NCBI RefSeq assembly: GCF_009914755.1
Contig: NC_060934.1
DNA from: the human T2T-CHM13v2.0 reference genome, Homo sapiens
Reading direction: 5' to 3' (one strand)
Length of the DNA: 64,000 nt
In this document: piece after piece, positions 42,491 to 55,474 of the stretch
How the letters are laid out: each line of letters begins with the position of its first letter
Numbering within the stretch: the first letter of the stretch is position 1
Made by a program: the position numbers and the translations under genes
Notes under the pieces: model-generated
Seen by the model: the letters and a program-made list of their open reading frames with translations, nothing else
Database searches by the model: none
What the model was told of the DNA's origin: nothing

Positions 42491-42573
42491 CAGCACCTGC
42501 CCATGGAGAGTAACATGAGGTACGGGGCAACCAGCACCTGCCCATGGAGAGTAACGTGGGGTATGGGGCAACC
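42491..42573. repeat. 41-bp tandem duplication (2 copies)
   Basis: cagcacctgcccatggagagtaac starts at 42491 and 42532. Confidence 0.9.
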
Positions 42574-42870
42574 AAGGGCTCCAGTGGCTCATTTGATTGC
42601 CTGCACTTTTCTCTCTGCCTCCACTAGCTCTGGGGCTACCACAAGACGAACAGAGCCCAATCTTCTCCTTATCAGTGTTGGCTGGAACACAGTAGTTCTG
42701 GAAATGTCTCTCATCTCCTGCATCTTGGTGGATTCCCTGAAAGCAGAAGTTGTAAGGGAAGCTATTAGCAGGGTGTTAAGAAATGACAATGAGTCAAGAA
42801 AAACAATAAAATATGAGCCTTTCCTTAAATGAGTGAAACAGGGCTGTGAGGGACTGAATTGTCAAACCCT

Positions 42871-43637
42871 TCCTGGGGAGGACTAGATGCCCTCACTCCT
42901 GGGGAGCAGTGGATTCCCTCACTCCTGGGGAGCACTGAAAGCCCTTAGTCCTGGGGAGCCCTGGAAGCCCTCATCCCTGGGGAGCCCTGGAAGCCCTCAC
43001 CCCTGGGGGGCACTGGAAGCCCTCCTGGGGAGCACTGGATGCCTTCACTCCTGGGGAGCTCTGGAAGCCCTTACTCTTGGGGAGCACCAAAGCCCTCCTG
43101 GGGAGCACTAGATGCCTTCACTCCTGGGGAGCGCTGGAAGCCCTCACTCCTGGGGAGCACCAAAGCCCTCCTGGGGAGTACTGGATGCCTTTACTCCTGG
43201 AGAGCTCTGGAAGCCCTCACTCCTGGGGAGCACTGGAAGACCTCAGTCCTGGGGAACACCAGAAGCCCTCTGTCCTGGGGAGCACTGGAAGTCCTCAGTC
43301 CTGGGGAGCACTGGATACCCTCACTCCTGGAGAGCACTGGAAGCCCTCAGTCCTGGGGAGCACTAGAAGCCCTCACTCCTGGGGAGCACTGGAAGCCCTC
43401 ACTCCTGGGTAGCGCTGGAAGCCCTCAGTCCTGGGGAGCGCTGGAAGCCCTCAGTCCTGGGGAGTGCTGGAAACCCTCAGTCCTGGGGAGCGCTGGAAGC
43501 CCTCACTCCTGGGGAGCACTGGAAGACCTCACTCCTGGGGAGTACTGGAAGCCCTCCTGGGGAGCACTGGAAGCCCTCAGTCCTGGGGAGCACTAGAAGC
43601 CCTCACTTCTGGGGAGCACTGGAAGCCCTCCTGAGGA
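42871..43637. repeat. 26-bp minisatellite (cctggggagcactggaagccctcact) with 21-bp deletion variants, ~30 units
   Basis: Directly visible; explains the SWGALEAL / PGEHWKPS repeat ORFs. Confidence 0.97.
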
Positions 43638-44459
43638 GACTTGCGGGGGCCCTGCTGAGTCCTTCCCAGAACCTGGAGATCCCACGTTCTCACTTCTGCA
43701 GGAAGATGCTGGCATGGCCCCCTGAGTGTCCATGTCTTCTGCGGGGGATGGATGTCTCACGATATGGGGAAGGGACATTGAGTGGTTGGGAAGGGGCTGC
43801 ACACCTTAATCATGCCCAGGAAGCCACAGGCACCACCAGGTTTCACAGGACAGCAGAAAGGGGCAACAAGATCCTCTCCCTCTGATTTTCTCTCTCTCTT
43901 AGTCTCTCTCTCTCTCACCCCATCTCTCTATCTGTCTCTCTCCACTTGTCACCATGGCAACAGGAGCGCACAATTCCCTTTCTCTTCTTCATGGTGTCAG
44001 AGCACTTGTGTGGGAGTAGCTGAACTCCATTTGGCCACCGATCCCTGAGACCACCTTTATTATAACCGTGGGAAAGAGCTCAGAGGATCGGGAGGGGGAT
44101 AGCCACCATCTACAGATAACTCTCTGGGAGCCCGGCCCGAGGCCACGTGCTGGGGACCCCTGATGTTCTTGGAGCCACATCAAGAAACGAGATTCCAGGA
44201 AAGGCCTTTACTGCAACCCTCAGCCCCCATGATGGGTGGATATGCCCCTCTCCTGGTGGTTGAGGACCCTCAAGGTGCCCAAGGGAGCCTGCCAGGGTCC
44301 AGAGCATGTCAGGGCACTTGCTTGGAGGAGGTAGGTGGGTTCACCTGCTTCTTGGTCATGGTGTATTCCAGCTCAGAGGGGGCTATTAGCCTTTGGCAGC
44401 CTTGCCTAACAGTATCCAACAGGAAAGGAAAGGGCATCACCTCCTTCTCTTGGCATCTC

Positions 44460-44630
44460 ATGAGGGAGACAGAGAGGGAGAGAAAGGGAGAAGAAAGGAG
44501 GAAGGGAGGAAGGAAGGGAGGAAGAAAGGTTAGGAAGGAAAGAAGGAAGCAGAGTAGGGGAGAGGGAGGAGGAAAGGAGGGAGAGGGGGAGGAGGAAAGG
44601 AGGAAGGGAGGAGGGTGGAGGGAGGAGGAC
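44460..44630. repeat. GA-rich polypurine tract
   Basis: ~170 bp almost purely A/G on the plus strand. Confidence 0.9.
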
Positions 44631-45312
44631 TCTCCTTTGGACTTCCCATCCTTCAGCATCTCACTCTGGCATTCTGGAAGTTCAGCTTATAGATGAGAAC
44701 TTTCTCCATGAGAAAAAATTCTATAGAAACCACTGTTAAATAAGGGAAACAGGGAGAATTTATAACATGTGCCTAGGAAAATAAAGCAAATTCTCTATTC
44801 TTTAACAAGCATACCTGTGTCTGCTGTGTGCCTGGCAGGTGCAGACTCTAGTGGTGAACGGCGGCCAAGGAGCTGCATCCCCCACCTCCATGTTGCCTAA
44901 ATGCAAACAGAAGACACACACTTGAAGCGTTCAGTGTATCTTAAATTAATTAGGAATCTCATAAAATGATGGAAAGGGCCATAGGTTCTTCATAATGTTT
45001 TTTTACTTATTCAATAGTTTGCTATTAAACACCAAGATCAGTCATAGATTCGTCTCAAAACATCATGAAATCCAGATAAATCTGTATTCTTTCCCTATTT
45101 GCTTTAAGTCCCGTCCCAGCCTGGTTACACATCCAAGAGAAATGAATTTGACTCCAAACGCCTTACAGTGTAAAATAAATATTCATTGACAGCTTTCCTC
45201 GGGGCCTGTGAAGAGAAGTCCCATTATGTACCAAATAGCAAAATTGTCCCCCAGTTCCCACATTAATCTTCCTATGGTCCTGAACCATGGGAAGCTGTCT
45301 CAAAAGCCCCTT

Positions 45313-45343
<31 letters not shown>

Positions 45344-45538
45344 CACACAGTCCACACACACGCACTCACACATGCACACACACAGTCCACACACGCACAC
45401 ATGCACACACACAGTCCACACATGCACAGACACACATATGCACACACGCACGCACACACACAGTCCACACACACACAGTCCACACACGCACAGACACACA
45501 CATGCACACACATGCACGCACACACACATACACAGTCC
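45313..45538. repeat. Compound (CA)n-rich microsatellite with recurring acagtcc interruptions
   Basis: Directly visible; cagtcc recurs about 6 times. Confidence 0.95.
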
Positions 45539-46001
45539 TCTAAATAACAAACCGTCCCTCAATTGCTTCTCTCCTCTTTCTTCCCGCACTTTCTGGCTGA
45601 CGCCTTGAACCCTTAAAGCACAGCCAGCCCCTGCCCTCATGGGGATACATCCTCACTCTGATTCCTGGGGTCTCCTGGGGAAGAAGGAGAAGGTAGGAGA
45701 CAGGCAGAGCACACCTGGGATGTCACACCTGGAAGGGACCCATGTTCCAGGGCAGGATGGGCTTCCAGGATGCACCCCCAGAAGGCTGCCTTTTCCCCCT
45801 GAGGCTGGATCATCCCTCGGCTGGGGCAGAAGGTCACAGTGTGGCAGCCCTCCCTGTGTCCTGGGTGCCGAGTCTGACCCTTTCCCAATGCACAGCAGCC
45901 TCACTGACAAAAAGCCTCTTCTGGGTGAGCAGGAGGGCCAGGGAGAATTCTGGAGAAGAAAACCATAGAAGACATAGTTTATTACAACCAAGTAGGGATT
46001 G

Positions 46002-46711
46002 TGAAAGCACATTTGCAAAATGATGACAGCAAGAGAAATGTGACAGAGTTGAGTCCATCTTGCTTCTGACCTACAAGCTGTCTTTGGTCTTTCCTCAGTG
46101 TAGGTCAGGCTAACTTTGGCAGGAATTTAGTTTAGTTAAACCTTAAAGCAAAGATGATAATAGCCCTTCCCAACCCTAAATTGCTTTTGTAAAACTAATG
46201 AAAGGCCACGAGGTTGGGATGATGAGAAGGGTGTGAATTCTGATAAGCTGTGCATAGTGTCTATAATCCCTTACTGCTCAGGGGCCATGTGGACAGAAGC
46301 CACAAGCTTCATGACTCTCCCCACTGCTCCATTACATAACTTCACGCTTTTAGAACCTAAGATTGTTTTTTTTCCAGAGTTGCTTTTCAGACTTGACCCT
46401 ACCTGGACTCATGACTTAGCTGATCCTGTGGTCCCACCCAAGGGTGGACTCAGCACATGAAGACTGTTTTTCTCACCCCATTGTTTCATCTCTAATCAAT
46501 CAGCAGCACCCCTTCCCTAGCCCCCTGCCCAAAAAATTGTTCATAGAACCCAAACCTGTGAGCCTGCTGGGAGACTGATTTGGGTGATAACACCAGTTCT
46601 CCCACATGGGCTGGCCTGGCATCAATTACATTCTCTCTCCTGCAATGCCGCCTTCTTGGTTGATTGACTTTTCCTGTGCAGTGGGCAGGAAGTACCTGCT
46701 GGGCCATTACA
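46002..46711 (+). mobile_element. LTR8-family ERV1 solo LTR
   Basis: tgaaagcacatttgcaaaatgatgac...tccatcttgcttctgacc...gggccattaca; 4-bp TSD ATTG at 45998-46001 and 46712-46715. Confidence 0.85.
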
Positions 46712-48584
46712 ATTGTGCTGCTGCAGGGCCCATGCCTGAGTCATTTACTAGAGCTGTAAAGACTCAGAACAAGTCCACTCAAGCCACTCAGCTGCCTCCA
46801 GGTGCTCCTCACCGCCTTCTTCTTGTGCATAATGCTATGATTGCGAGATTCATCCTGCACACCCATTTATTAGGGAAGAGGGAGCAGCGAGGAGCCTGCA
46901 TATTATTTTATCAATCAGCATGTTACTTTATCAACAACCAGGCACAAGATCTACCCTTTACGGTGTGTCTGGAGAAAACAAAACGTAAATTCAATGGGTG
47001 TTGTCTTGAATCCTAGAGGTTTAGTTCAACCTACACGAAGGTAGGTGCCTCACTTGAACTGGGGGCAGGGAGGACCTGGAGGACAGGACTGTCCGAGCGG
47101 TGGTGTCGATAGTGAGGGACCCTCCTCTCTAGGGCAAGACGTTTGTGTACAGATTATTTCCCTCTGGATACCTCTGGCCTTTATCAGTGTCTCCTTCATT
47201 CAACAAAAAGACTCCTGTAGATGCTGGAGATGAAGTGGAGAGAACAGACCTAGTCTTGACGTGTGGACTTCACACACCGCTGCAGGCATCAGCTAAGCGG
47301 GTGGATGCCAGCACTTTCTCACCCTGGGGAGGCCCCACCTTAAAATCACTGTGATGTGCTTTACACACATTTTATTATCTGATCTTACAGGTAATAGCTT
47401 GGGGAATGTGGCTCACATGCGGTGGGCAGGACCTACAGGTGTAGTGGGCAGAGCACACAGATGAGGCTGTCGGTTATTAGGTAAGAAAGCCAGGACAGCA
47501 GAACCAAGGGCCCTGGATCTGGCTGGACTCTGTTTATAACCTCGTCCCTGCAGGGTGCCATCCTGGCAGGTGTAGGAGATGCTTAGGGACACAGAGAGAG
47601 CCAGGACCCTCTGTGTCCTGAAGGAGCATCACTGGTGAGAGAGACATGAGAACAACTGCATTGAAAAGCAGAAAGTAAACGCCAAATGCGAGTCCACAGC
47701 ACCTGGGAGATGCTGTCAACTCCCAAGTCACAGACTCTCAACCTTCTTCCAATTTCAGTCCCAGCAGTGGAGGACAGCGCCGGGAGCACTGCGGGAGGCT
47801 AAGGGCATTGCTGACAGCCGGGCAATAGCTGTTGGCCCGCCTACCCACAAGAACCCCTGAGCACCAGGGTGGTCTGCAACTTTGGAGTCACAGATGATTG
47901 AGGCTCAACATAAATGGGCAAGCCCAGCCTGTAGGGACCCGACACCTACGTGTACAACGTCTTGGAGCTGATCCCAGTCTCCGGCAAAGAGCAAATCAAA
48001 ATATCCCCAATTACATTGTGGACATTGGCGATGATATTGGATACAATGCCAGTTGGGATATAATGAAGGCTGTGGGCTCCCTGCCAACCTCTGCTCAAAA
48101 GTGAAGACTCATTTCTACTTACAGAAAAGCAAGAACCCTTTAAGTTAAAAGGTAAATTAGCTTGCTCTGTTGGAAACACTGCCTCCTTGCTCAATGAGCT
48201 GATGAGAAGTGTTTCCGCCCACCCCTACTCCCTCCCAACAGGTGCAGTCAGTGCTGGAATCTCTTTAGCATCACAAAACCGGTAATGAGCCAGCCCCTCC
48301 TCCCACTGCACCCTGCAGAGCTACTCCACAGCACTGTCACCAGGAGGGGCACACTCCAATGGGCCCAGCAGGGAACAGAGGAAGCGCTGATTGGGGCCAA
48401 TGACAATATTTTTCAATTACTCATTCCTTGTGCTTGGGTAACTCAGTCTAAGAGACCCCAGGGGGGGTGCCTTGTGCTGTCTGGGTGCCTGGTCCTCCTC
48501 TCCAGGCCTTGTCTGGTTCTTCTCCCAAACCATCTCCTAGTCTGATTCTTCAAAGCAGCACTTTACTGGTCAGTAGAACTTAAG

Positions 48585-48895
48585 CAATAGAAATACAATT
48601 CAATTTTATTTGTGATGTCATAATGCAAGCCACATAAATAATGTTTAAAAATATTTTCCAACAGCCACATTTTAAAAATGCAATAAGAAGCAGGTGATAT
48701 TAATTTCAGTAACATTTTATTTAACTCAGTAGATCCAAAATATTTTTATTCCAACATATCATCAATATAAAAATTAGTAATAAAACAGTTTACTTTTTTT
48801 ATACTAAGTCTTGTGAATCCAGGGTGCATTTCAAACTTATAGCAAATTGCAGTTTCAACTTGCCCCATTGCAAGGGCTCAGTAGCCTCACAGGTC
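48585..48895. mobile_element. MER33-like hAT-Charlie MITE
   Basis: caatagaaat...agccacatt..aaaa...caggtgatattaattt...ttttatttaactca...gggctcagtagcc. Confidence 0.6.
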
Positions 48896-49092
48896 TGAGA
48901 AATTGCTCTCCACAGTCATCTGCTCAAGACTTTGCAATGACGCATTCTTGCTTCTTTGGTGGAGAAGACAGTGGGTTGTGGAGTCACACCATATGGACCA
49001 AATCCTTCCCCACCTAACAAATGGGGAGGCCTGGAGAGAGAAATTTCACATTCCCAGGTTGGGTTTCCTCACCCATAAAAAGAATATGATAC

Positions 49093-49342
49093 TGTCAGGC
49101 CTCTGAGCCCAAGCTAAGCCATCATAACCCCTGTGACCTGCACGTATACATCCAGATGGCCTGGAGCAACTGAAGAACCACAAAAGATGACATTCTACCA
49201 TTATGATTTGTTCCTGCCCCACCCCTCTCTCCCTTTGCTGACTACCTTTTCGGACTCAGCCCGCCTGCACCCAGGTGATTAAAAAGTTTTATTGCTCACA
49301 CAAAGCCTGTCTGGTGGTCTCTTCACATGGACGCACGTGACA
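49093..49342 (+). mobile_element. LTR7-family (HERV-H) solo LTR with internal deletion, inserted in a MIR remnant
   Basis: tgtcaggcctctgagcccaagctaagcc start; ggactcagcccgcctgcacccaggtga...ggtggtctcttcac...gtgaca end; only 250 bp; TSD gatac/aatac. Confidence 0.9.
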
Positions 49343-49359
49343 AATACTAGTTCTTCCTT

Positions 49360-49416
49360 CATGGAGCTGATGTGTCAGGGAGCTGACGTGTCATGGAGCT
49401 GACGTGTCATGGAGCT
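49360..49416. repeat. 16-bp tandem repeat (catggagctgacgtgt) x3.5
   Basis: Directly visible. Confidence 0.9.
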
Positions 49417-49818
49417 TACCTCATGGGAAATCCTCAAATGAGTGCTCCCAAAGCCTACGGGGCAAGACAAGGACATGGTTCTCCCACGTTCTTGGTTTGT
49501 GGACATGACAGGAAGCCCCCTGAGGCCAGGGACTCCAGAACTCATCAGTCCTCCTGTGCCCTGACCACCCTCACATTCCTCTGCTCCTCCCCAACCCCAG
49601 TCATCCTTTCCACCTGCTGGTCTCATTCTCCACCAACGTCATCATTTCCATGTCTGCCCTCACCCCACTCCCTGACCTTTCTCTCCTCCTATTCCACCCC
49701 CACAATTTATCTTGCTGTCTTCTCATGAAGGAATTCATGTGACATCATGCTGACAAGGTCTTGAAGCATGCTGACAGAACCCTACATCTCACCTCTGTCT
49801 GTTGCCTCATTCTCCATG

Positions 49819-50425
49819 TGTTCCAGACCACAGGGTCTCGGGTTCCATGGCCTGGAAACTAATGCAGGGCCAAGCAGTTTTCCCAGACAAGGCTTTTATT
49901 TGGAGGCTTGTGCTTGAATGCAAGGGAGACAGTGGAGGTGCAAGAATACTCCAGCTGGTTCCACAAAAAGAGTCAGTGGGTTTTTTTTTTAATTAGGCAA
50001 AGCGTGGGAATTGACATCAGGAGTAGGGTACACAGCTGGACTGGGGAGAGTCCCTGGGGGTAGGGCATGCGGGTCAGCATATCTGGTCACTGTGGTTTTC
50101 TTGAGTCATGGGTCACTTGGCCATCTGTCTGGCAGCAACAAGGCTGTGAATCAATCACGCTGCATTTCTTCCCAAGGTGGGACACTACACAACCTTGGTT
50201 CGAAGTTTGGATTTCCTCAGGCCAGTTTCTGGAATCTATTCAGTAAAAGGTATGGCAAAGCATTGTTAGAGCACGGAAGAACTATTGTTTTCTTTGTGCA
50301 ACTAAAAACTTGGGGTCAGTGGTAGAGCGTCAGTGAGGTGCTTGTGTGGGTTTTGTGAAGAGAAGAAAAAAAGGAAAAAATATATCTGAAGGAGTAGTCA
50401 CACCCCCTCCTACTATCTATCTCGT
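49819..50425 (-). mobile_element. Probable ERV LTR, family not determined
   Basis: Antisense poly(A) signal (ttttattt) near the left end and LTR-like composition; subfamily not recognised. Confidence 0.4.
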
Positions 50426-50669
50426 ATGTCTTTTAAACACAGACACCTGTCCCTCCCAGGGGCTCCGAGGACTCTGGTGGATCCCACATCATTAATTACT
50501 GAGTCTGAATGAATGATGTATACAGGGTGTGGCATGGTGGTGCCTATAAGCATTTACTGTTTAGGCACAAGCTGCTGGAGATAACATCTGGACCCAACAT
50601 TTTAGTCACCATTGAGCACATAGAACCCACATGGCTGTGTCATTAGAGACAAAAATAGCAAAAGCCTGT

Positions 50670-51310
50670 TTGTGCAATTCTGCAGGACTGTCCTGGCACT
50701 GGCTGCCAGAGTTAGTACAGATCCCTGCAGGTCAAGGGCATGCCAGCTGCAAGTTCAGGGGTCCTCAGGCCACCCACACTTCTAACCAACTGGCTAAAAC
50801 TGGAGGCTTCCCATGACCTTCTAAGGCATGATAATTCCCCAGAATGACTCACAGAACTCAGGTAAGTACTGTGCTTATGGTTACAGCTTAACATGAAAGA
50901 ATACAAGCCAGGACCAGCCGGATGAAAAGGTGCATAGGGTGAGGGCTGAGAAGGTCCCAGGCATGGGGCTTCTGTGTCCTCTCCCGGTGGAATCAGGATG
51001 TGGCCCCTCCCAGCCCATTGATGAGTTCAACAACCAGGAAACTCCCCTGAGCCTCAACGTTCAGAGTTTGTATTGGGGTTCCATTACACAAGTGTGATTA
51101 GTTGAATCATTAATTAATCATTAACTGAGCTCAATCCAGCCATGACTAATTGAACTCAATCATCAGTTCCTGTCTCTTTTTTGAAAGCCAGGCTGAGATA
51201 CCTTCGCTTAAAGCTCCAACCCTATCATCACATGCTGGCCTTTCCACCTTTGCCAGTCCCCATCCCAAGACCATCTGAGCCACTCAGTGGTCCAATCATA
51301 AATAACAAAG
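50670..51310 (-). mobile_element. MER21-family LTR fragment
   Basis: ggccacccacacttctaaccaactggcta...gaatgactcacagaactcagg...caaccaggaaactc...gattagttgaatcatt. Confidence 0.7.
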
Positions 51311-51314
51311 GTGT

Positions 51315-52238
<924 letters not shown>

Positions 52239-52249
52239 GTGTCTACATC

Positions 52250-53070
52250 TAACAGGACCCAAGAAATCTGAAAAACCAAATTCCTGGCCATGATGGGAAG
52301 GGAGGTGGACAGGCCTCGTTAATACCCACTTCCTCTGGAGCTTAGGCACAGCTGACCAGGATTAACTTTAAAGTAGAGAGCATAAGACTGACAGAGTCTC
52401 TGTGACAATAAGATACCAAATTTCAACCTGACTATAGCATCACGTGACAGATAGCAGGCTCCCAAGGAAATCAAAATATTTTATCCCCAAATCTATTTCT
52501 TTGGCATTTGAAATGGCCCTGCAGAGCCATCTCTTGTGGGAAATTTTCATCTGTAAAGAATCCCCTTCCCTTTCTAGGTCTTCTCCAGGTCCAGGAGAGA
52601 TGGAACTAAGAGTCTGATACCTTTTAGTGTCTGAGACATTCCCCATCCATTCTCTCTGAAGCCTGCCACTTAGAGGCATCATCTACATAATGAGAATCTT
52701 GGCTTCCACAACCTCCCTTATTTTAACTCAAGCATTTCTTTCTACTGACTTCTTAAGTCTTTATACAAAGCTTACTTCTTTCAACCAACTGCTAGTAAGA
52801 AAATCTATGAATCCACCTAGGACCTCAAAGTCCCTCCCTCTTCTAGATATCCCTCCTTTCTGGGCCAAATCAAAGTACACCTTGCATGTAGTGATTGATG
52901 TCTTTGTAACTTCCTTCTGCCTAAAATGTATAAAACCAAGTTGTAACCTAACCACCTTGGGTACACATTCCCAGGACCTCTTGAGACTATACCCTGGGCC
53001 ACGGTCATTCATCATTGGCTGAGAATAAAACTCTTTAAATATTTTACAGAGTTTGACGTTCTCACCAACA
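52250..53070 (+). mobile_element. MER4-family ERV1 LTR
   Basis: ctaaaatgtataaaaccaag...aaccaccttggg...ttggctgagaataaaactctttaaatattttacagagtttgac...caaca is the MER4-type 3' end. Confidence 0.8.
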
Positions 53071-55231
53071 CTAGTAAATCGCAAATTATTAAGTTCTCAG
53101 TTCTCTCTAAATTCATGAAATAAAACTTACACACAGGTATGCACATTTTAGTGTTTATTATTAACAGTAATATTCCCAAAGTCTTTAAGAGAATGTAGTT
53201 CCCCTAAGTAACAGAAGATAATGTTGCACCCCTTTATGCAAATAAAAATAAGGAAAAGTTGTAATTCAGACATACATGTGTGTACAACAAAAGTCTTGTA
53301 TAGAAAATTCTAATAATGAATATATTTTTGAGTCTAAAAACATTTCTCCCCCACGTTGTAAATAAACATCTAGCAAATAAACATCACAACTACAGATAAA
53401 TAAGATTGTGCTCCCATAAATATCTGGTGAGGTTATGAGTCAAATGGTTCCTATTATTACTTCATTTCACTGTGATCACATTACGAGAAAAGCAAAGGAA
53501 GAAAGAATTGGTGTAGGACACCCGCAGGGTTCTTTCCTCTCAGAACGACTGCAGTTTAGAGTCTTATTTTTCCTGTTAGATGGAAAGTTGGATCAAAAAT
53601 ACTCTATAACCTGGAGTCTTTCTGGCAAGTTAGGAAGTTCTAAACTTTATGTGTTTTGATGATTATAATTAACATGTGAACTGTCTTTCAAATTTCCTCC
53701 TGAATATCCTTTATATTTGTCCTAAGGCTTCAGTCAAATAATTTTCAGTACAAAACACTAGATTTTCCAGCTTCTGTGACACAGCCTCTCTCTGTTTACA
53801 ATGTTTGCTTCTGAGAGAAAATAAATGTCACCTTCTCGAGGCTCCAGTTTACTTGAGTTCCATTTCAAAGGATGTTTTTCTTGGTGTATGAATATCATTC
53901 AAAACAGGAAAACAGGAGGTTTTTTTCCTGAGGTCTCCTAGGGGTATACACACTTATCTGTAAGTTTTACAGAATGCAATGTCAAATAATCTCATTAATG
54001 TATGGTATCTTCTCCATGCATGGGATGGTACAGTACAGAATTGGGTAAAATAACAATTATTGTTGTCATGTTATAGCCTCTATAAACTTTATGATCAGTG
54101 ATAGGAATTTTAAAAAATTATTTTTGCTGTTATTGATGTTTTTCTTTGACATTTCTTGTAACATAATTGAAGTGAACAAAGAGAGGATAACACAAGTGAA
54201 AGTGTTTGTTGAATTTACTCCTATCCCTTGTGTAATGGTGGTCAAAAGGGCACAGTGCTTTGGTTAAGGTTGCTGACTATCGACACATCAAGCAGCAATT
54301 TTCTTCCATGAATCTGCATAAATCCATTGGGGAATATGGCCCTGTTCCAGGAATATTGCTTTTTTTGAAAACCCTATAACTTAAAGAAAATTCAGATTAA
54401 GTTCCTGGCAAAATTCTTGTCTGGAAACATCCTGCAGGGCTGAGCATCTCAAGCCAAGTCAAAGCAGCCACCTAAAAGCAGGAAAACGTTGCAAAACCTG
54501 GGGTCTTAGGAGGAAGCTCTGGACTCACGGCTTCGACAGGAGCTGGGTAAGGGAAGTATTCCTCTCTTAAGTGAGGCAGTGTTTTCTAGAATCACTGACA
54601 TTTCACATGCTTGTGCAAGCAGGTCATGCAACCAGGTGACTCTCCTGGTATCTCTTCATGCAGCCAGCACCTGCTTCCCGCCAAGTTCCCTTCCGCCATC
54701 ATGGAATCCATAAGCTCATAAGCTTGCTGTCCTTCTCTTCCTTCTTTTTTAAACTTCAAAGGCAGTCCACAGCTTTATAATTGTGGAAAGTTTCTTTTCT
54801 GAGAATAACTTTGACTATAAAAGAATATTAGTATTCGATACGCAGAGCCCACGCTTCCTTGTCTGGCAACCCATATGGCTTCGCTGCTTTGGTGTAAAAA
54901 GAAGACCTACCAGCCATCATATTTCCTTGCATTTGCTATCAGATTATGCTCAGACTGTCGTCAATAACCTGGAAAACGTCTCGTCTCTGACTGTGGAATT
55001 TATCAAATTCATGAGAGACAGTCTTGAATTACTGCCTTTCAACAGATTTTTGTCATGAAATGAAAGTGGAATATAAGATTTTTCTCCACAGAAATTCTCT
55101 TGCTTTTTAGTGAGTAAGTTCTTAAGTGTTTGCTTGAACTTCATACATGAACTTCACGTTGGGGAAAAAAAAGAGGAACTTGTTCTGGGAACAATTTGAC
55201 AGGGAAGAGGTTAAGTCCTGGCCTGGCTCTC

Positions 55232-55474
55232 CTGCTGAATTTCCTGGCATCAGGTGGGTCGTCTGGTGAATTTTCTGGTATCGGGTGAGTCACCTGGTGA
55301 ATTTGCCGGCATGAGTGGGTCATCTGGTGAATTTCCTGGCATCAGGTAGGTCGCCTGGTGAATTCTCTGGCATTGGGTGAGTCGCCTGGTGAATTCGCCA
55401 GCATCAGATGGGTCGTCTGGTGAATTTTCTGGTATCGGGTGAGTCACCTGGTGAATTTGATGGCATCAGGTGAG
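55232..55474. repeat. 31-bp minisatellite (ctggtgaattttctggtatcgggtgagtcac), ~8 units
   Basis: Directly visible. Confidence 0.95.

Noticed and set aside
36548-42592. 2014-aa ORF as a real extensin/mucin-like or CTD-like protein gene
   Set aside because: It arises from a stop-free C-rich repeat strand, and indel variants shift the frame freely, so there is no sign of coding constraint.
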